Positions 60,775-64,000 of a stretch of 64,000 bases of DNA are shown piece after piece (within the stretch, counting starts at the first letter, position 1; every line of letters begins with the position of its first letter). This stretch comes from Eledone cirrhosa (lineage: Eukaryota): positions 163,742,001 to 163,806,000 of the forward strand of contig OZ024741.1 in the NCBI GenBank assembly GCA_964016885.1. Reading direction: 5' to 3'. A program made the translations under genes and the position numbers. The notes under the pieces are model-generated. The model was not told where the DNA came from and did not search any database. It saw only the letters and a program-made list of their open reading frames with translations.

Positions 60775-61318
60775 AGTCATAATGTAATGTATTTGGTTAT
60801 AGGGAATGTATTATTAAGCACGGAATTCATGTCGCTATAAAATAGCATACCACTGTTAAAAACAATATATTTCATAACATCCATAATATTAAAGGTTATG
60901 AACCATTGTCTTCTAATCTAGAGAGGAATGTTGAACTAATTACTTAATATTTACTAAATAGTTTGAAGAATATAATGTGTACAGGGTAAAATACTAGTGT
61001 CCAAGGACATTAGTGTAATAGCGATCTGTATCAGTAAATCTCAATTCAATAAAATCCCAAAATCGTGTTCCAGGAAAAGAAAAAGCTAATGTTCTTCTAG
61101 TCACACAAGTTTATTCCTTTATTGTGAACACTTTAAATGGTCGTTGTTCTATGAAACAACGTTTGGACAGACTATTATATACAACCGCATTCATTGGTTC
61201 GAGGAGATCTTTCTTAAAATTTGTATTCGATAAAATTTTCTTGAAATATAAAGAATGCATATATATCCTATTTAGAACTCCATAGATTTCTTAGTTATTT
61301 TCATTTATTTTTTTATAG

Positions 61319-61353
61319 ATTGTCAGAAGGCTTCGTTCATTACATTTATGAAG
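61319..61353 (+). CDS. Candidate 35-nt exon, phase-compatible with 56683-56758
   Basis: ttttttttatAG acceptor and AAG|GTATCC donor; LSEGFVHYIYE. Confidence 0.27.
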
Positions 61354-61798
61354 GTATCCTTATTGTATACATTTTATATGTTTAGAAATAATATTGAAAG
61401 TTCAAGGTTGTCTATACGGTTTATTATCTGAAATATATTGTTCACATTTACAAAGTGAGGAGATGTGTACAGTTCAGATGAGGTTTAACTATCTTCTCAT
61501 TTCGTTTATTAATTAAACTTTCAGTAAGCTGGGATTTCACCATATTATTACAGAAATAATGAATTAATAGAAAATAACCAGATATTATGAAAAGAATAAG
61601 ACGTCGAGAGAATCTATCAGAATGCAATCAATATTTCTATGTTCTTTCCTGAAGAGATTTTCTCACAGTCTTTTGGCCTTTCATGCTTAAATATACTTTA
61701 TTCTTCTTTTTATTCATTGACACTATTTGATACTGATACATAGAATCCTGTATCAGAGCTTTTGCATTTTGCATGGCGGGTCACGCGATAAGTAAAAT

Positions 61799-61850
<52 letters not shown>

Positions 61851-62056
61851 GTATATTGACAAATCCCTTTTTTGCAAAGCCCTTTAAACTGTATGTTATT
61901 ACTCTGAGGTCCTATACCTTGTCGAGTGCTTGGCTGCACTGCTGAAAGCATTCGTTGGCTTAGCTGAGGCTCTCGGTTCGAATATGCTGTACTGTCATTA
62001 CTATATATATATATATATATATATATAAACATACAGTTTGTTTTATATATAAATTA

Positions 62057-62529
62057 GTGCTCTGAAATAGCGATGTATACATGAATGTATGTATAGTATA
62101 TTTGGCAATATACCGTATGTTTAATTAAAAACATTTTGAAGACCTTGCGCTATCATTTTAAAGTAGTGACTATGTCGCTTACTTCTTTTTTCGGCAAAGG
62201 AAGGGAGAGAAGCTGCCAGATTCTGTTTCACTGTTGGTGATCCTCAGAGCAACGTACTCCCCGCCTTTGCCAAAACTTTTAGAGCTAGATTCTTATAGAA
62301 TTCCAGTAATAATCAGGAACTGGTTATACAGAGCGATTGCCGTTCCAGCAAAAATTAAAATTTAGGATTGGTGCTCTGAAATAGCGATGTATACATGAAT
62401 GTATGTATAGTATATTTGGCAATATACCGTATGTTTAATTAAAAACATTTTGAAGACCTTGCGCTATCATTTTAAAGTAGTGACTATGTCACTTATTTCT
62501 TTTTTCGGCAAAGGAAAGGAGAGAAGCTG
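62057..62529 (-). repeat. 1.5-unit tandem of a 314-bp monomer with a hammerhead-like core
   Basis: 62057-62215 repeated at 62371-62529 with few mismatches; minus strand gct CTGAGGA tcaccaacagt GAAAC agaatct GGC agc at 62212-62250. Confidence 0.8.
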
Positions 62530-62544
62530 ACATATTTACATATA

Positions 62545-62582
<38 letters not shown>

Positions 62583-62624
62583 CGTTTATATATATATATG
62601 TGTGTGTATGTTTAAATGTATATA

Positions 62625-62667
<43 letters not shown>

Positions 62668-62704
62668 GTATGTATGTATGTATATATGTATAATGTGTGT
62701 ATAT

Positions 62705-63706
62705 GGAAAGCTCTATGTGTGACAGTATAGAAGCTCTCGTGCTTAAGCAACGACTCCGTTGGAGTGGTCACCTTGCCAGGATGAAGGATTCTAGAATACC
62801 AAAACAACTCTTTTATGGAGAGTTGGTTAAAGGAAAACGACCGCCATATAAACCAAAAAAGAGTTATAAGGATTCCTTGAAAGCCTCTCTGAAAGACGCT
62901 AACATCTCTGCTGATACATGGGAAAATATTGCTGCTGATCGTAATAAATGGAGAAAGACTGTATATGAGGGAAAAGTTGCCTTTGAGGCATCTCGAATCG
63001 CATACGAGAAAGTAAAGCGGGATGTGAGGAAGGGCATTGCTGTTGCACTTCCAGACGGCGAGGGTCCTCCTATGGTGCTGACATGCAGCGCTTGTGCGAG
63101 ACTCTGCCTAAGCAAAGCTGGACTCGAAAGTCATCTTCGCGGTCATAAAGTAAGACCAGTGGTTGACTACCAGGCTGCTGTTGGAGATGCTACTCATCAT
63201 GCTTGGCAAACATGTGGTAGAGAATGTAAATCAGCAGGAGGGCTCAAACGACATGCAAAAGTACATGAACTCCAACCACAGCCGGCTATTGCCAATGAAT
63301 GTTTTGGTTGCCGACTCTGTGCAAGACATTTTAGATCATTGGCTGGGCTAAAAAGCCACATTCGATCGCAACGCTCTTAGTTGCTATCGTGTATGTGTAT
63401 AGATATGTTTATGTGTTCGCGTGTGTGTGTATATATGTATATGTATATTATTATTGTTGTTATTATTATGTACTGGGTGATTGCTGGCCTTGTGCCAAAA
63501 GTAGAAACAATTATTATTATTATTATTGTTATTAATGTATATGTGTGTATGTATATATATATGTGTGTATATATGTATATGTATGTGTGTATGTATATAT
63601 ATATATATATTTCTTTTTTTTTATTTTATTTTATTTTTTATTTATCTATTATTATTTTTTTCTCCTCGTGCAATGGCCATACTCGATAACGAGGGGGCAG
63701 CCATCA
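62705..63706 (+). mobile_element. 5'-truncated RTE/BovB-like LINE with three C-terminal C2H2-type fingers; 3'UTR interrupted by microsatellites and a SINE tail
   Basis: QRLRWSGHLARMKDSRIPKQLFYGEL, WENIAADRNKWR; terminus CTCGATAACGAG...GCAGCCATCAT near 63681-63707. Confidence 0.85.
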
Positions 63707-63765
<59 letters not shown>

Positions 63766-63850
63766 CATATTCAGATGATAGAAAACAATTCTTACATCAT
63801 TTAATGATGTAAGAATCATCATTTAATGTTTTACATTAAAGGTTCTTAAC

Positions 63851-64000
63851 GCCCCCCCCCCCCCCCCCCCCCGGGTGTTTCGTAGCTCCAGGGGGTGTTA
63901 TGCAGTGAGGGGGCGAGGGGGGCGTTATGCAGTGAGGGGCGTTAGGGGGGGGGGGCGTTACACAGTGAGGGGGCGTTAGGGGGCCGTTATGCAGTAAGGG
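63851..64000. repeat. Poly-C run followed by a G-rich minisatellite
   Basis: Units such as GGGGGCGTTATGCAGTGAGGGGCGTTA repeated about 4 times to the window edge. Confidence 0.8.

Overview
Eukaryotic, AT-rich, repeat-dense DNA with no prokaryotic gene organisation. The SINE and LINE content resembles an octopod cephalopod genome, which is an inference and not a proven assignment. The left half (271-28225) is a train of non-LTR retrotransposons separated by (AAT)n/(TTA)n tracts. It holds three Tx1/L1-clade elements (APE endonuclease, RT, ORF1), always lying on the TTA-reading strand, and five R4/Dong-clade elements (RT, CCHC, PD-(D/E)xK endonuclease) from two families, always ending in the AAT-reading strand (CAA for the last copy). 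The Tx1 copies share one ORF2 lineage but carry two different 5'UTR/ORF1 modules. The right half (28226-64000) contains degraded hAT, RTE, CRE-like and L1 remnants, many tRNA-type SINE copies and long microsatellites. It also has a series of short fold-back or tandem units next to (TA)n tracts that carry minimal type I hammerhead ribozyme motifs (Penelope pLTR or retrozyme-like). No host gene is securely identified; two phase-compatible small exon candidates are flagged. Family calls come from protein and RNA motifs read by eye, with no database search.
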